Notes under the pieces: model-generated
Seen by the model: only the letters and a program-made list of their open reading frames with translations
Databases searched by the model: none
Told to the model about the DNA's origin: nothing
Assembly: GCA_028534125.1 (NCBI GenBank)
Contig: CM052817.1
Coordinates: 20,214,001 to 20,278,000, forward strand
Direction: 5' to 3'
DNA from: Lama glama
Taxonomy: Eukaryota
Length of the DNA: 64,000 bases
Program-made: the position numbers and the translations under genes
Shown here: piece after piece, positions 62,371 through 64,000 of the stretch
Numbering within the stretch: the stretch's first letter is position 1
Layout of the letters: every line of letters begins with the position of its first letter

Positions 62371-63250
62371 TAAATATGCATTAATGGATATATTTACTTT
62401 TCCAATGAAATTTATTCTTTCCTATGTGTTCTTGTTACTAAATAGTGTCCTTTCTTTTCAGCTTAAAAGAAGTGTCTTTAACAAAACAGAAACAGACTCA
62501 TAGATATAATAGAAAACAAACTTAAGGTTACTAGTAGGGGAAGGGGGTGGGAAGGGATAAATTGCAAGTTCGATATTTGCAGACACTAAATACTATATAT
62601 AAAATAGATAAACAAGTTTCTATAGCACAGGGAACTAAATTCAATATCTTGCAGTAACCTATAATGAAAGAGAACATGAAAACGAATAGATGTATGCATA
62701 CTAATAACTGAAACATCATGCTGTACATCAGAAATTGACACAACACTGTAAACTGACTATATTTCAATAATTTTTTTTTTAAAAGAAGTACCTTAGTGAT
62801 GATGAACTTTAGCTTTTGTTTGTCTGGAAAATTATCTTTCTTTTAATTATGAATGATAACTCTGCAGGCAGAATATTCTTGGTTGGAAGTTGTTTGTATG
62901 TTTGTTTTTCCAGCACTTTGAATATATTATGCCACTCCTTTCTGGCCCACAAAGCTTGTGCTAAAAAATCTGCTGGGTGTATAGGGGTTCCCTTCTATAT
63001 AACAAATTGTTTTTCTCTTGCTGCTTCTAATGTTATCTGCTTGTCTTTAATTTTGCTATTTTAATCATAATATATCTTGGTGTGAACGTCTTTGAGCTCT
63101 TTTTTTTTTTTTTTTTTTTTTTTTAATTCTTTGAGCTTCCCAGGTCTAGAAGTTTGTTTCTTTCTCCAAGTCAGGGAGTTTTTCGGTCATTTTTTTCACA
63201 TACAATTTCTGCCCCTTAGTCTCTTTCTTCTACTTTTGGGAGTCCTGTTA
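62370..63250 (-). mobile_element. L1 ORF1 region fragment, interrupted by a younger L1 3' end
   Basis: The minus strand near 62900-62975 reads ADFLAQALWARKEWHNIFKVLEK, an L1 ORF1p C-terminal motif. Confidence 0.75.
62481..62780 (+). mobile_element. Young camelid-type L1 3'UTR fragment nested antisense in older L1
   Basis: 'acaaaacagaaacagactcatagatataatagaaaacaaactt...gtacatcagaaattgacacaacactgtaaactgactatatttcaataa'. Flanking direct repeat AAAAGAAGT at 62465-62473 and 62781-62789. Confidence 0.88.
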
Positions 63251-63764
63251 TTCTGCATCATTTAAGTGATGCTTAGCTTCCTAGAAAGATGTCAATGATT
63301 GTGATGAAAATATGTTGAAGGACATACATCCAAAATGAATGCAAAATTTAAAGTTCTGAGAATGTGGTAAAAATTAGGTGATGTGTGTTTGCCATTTTTG
63401 AAGTATATGCTAAAGTGAAGGTTGTCGTTCAATTTCATTTTTGACATTTTACACACAATAATACAGACTCAGAACATCCAACCTGTATTTTTTTAACATC
63501 CTGTTCATAATGTGAAGAAATTTGATGTTATAAATCAAAATTAGTATTCTCTCTTCCATTTGTTTCCAGAAAAGCGTTTAGCTAAAAACATACTATGTTT
63601 TCTTTTTCACTTACAAACTAAAAATAAACAGTTTCACTTATTATTCTTAAAACGAAGAATATTACCAGTTTAACTTTGCCTAACCTAGCCTAATATTCAA
63701 GACTGTCCCATATATATCATTTAACTGTTGATATTCACAAGCCCATGTTTCACTTGTATGTATT

Positions 63765-63965
63765 TTTATTTATTTAACAAACACATACTACATATGCCAA
63801 CTGATGACATAGACACTGTTATTTTCCACAATTTCAATGTGAGGAAACTAAGGCATGAAAAGTGACATGCTTGCCCAAGGTCACACAGGTAGTAGTTGGT
63901 AGAGTTAGCAGCTGCATCCCAGCAATCTGGCTGTAAATTAAATCCCCTCAACTACTACACCACAC
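63765..63965 (-). mobile_element. MIR SINE
   Basis: 'gtgaggaaactaaggcatgaaaagtgacatgcttgcccaaggtcacacaggtagtagttggtagag'. Confidence 0.85.
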
Positions 63966-64000
63966 AGGTATGAACTGTCAATCAACCTCTCAAAGCAATC

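Overview
This is mammalian, AT-rich, non-coding DNA (intergenic or deep intron). It is almost certainly camelid, based on two tRNA-Ala(AGC)-derived SINEs of the camelid Vic-1 type and camelid-style L1 3' ends. I recognise no protein-coding gene or RNA gene. The only ORF-track entries with recognisable homology are decayed transposon remnants (Tigger transposases, L1 ORF2 C-terminus), and the long X-rich ORFs are artefacts of three 500-N scaffold gaps. The window is a layered record of transposable elements. The ancient layer is MIR, L2, old L1M, MaLR (MLT1), ERVL (MLT2, LTR16/LTR33 with an internal remnant), MER5, MER94, Tigger1 and a MER82-like Tigger. The younger layer is L1 3' ends, SINEs and two solo LTRs with intact target-site duplications (TSDs). 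The most notable items are a young ERVK/betaretrovirus-type solo LTR (55636-56311, perfect 6-bp TSD, internal hairpin), a MER41-like ERV1 solo LTR carrying STAT/GAS and NR5A/ESRR motifs (5475-6095), a four-unit interstitial telomeric repeat able to form a G-quadruplex, an ERVL-derived candidate cryptic exon with a recursive-splice-like junction, and a TE-poor block with enhancer-like motif clusters. Repeat family names come from recall of consensus sequences, not from a search, and boundaries without a TSD are approximate. I found no convincing novel multi-component system.
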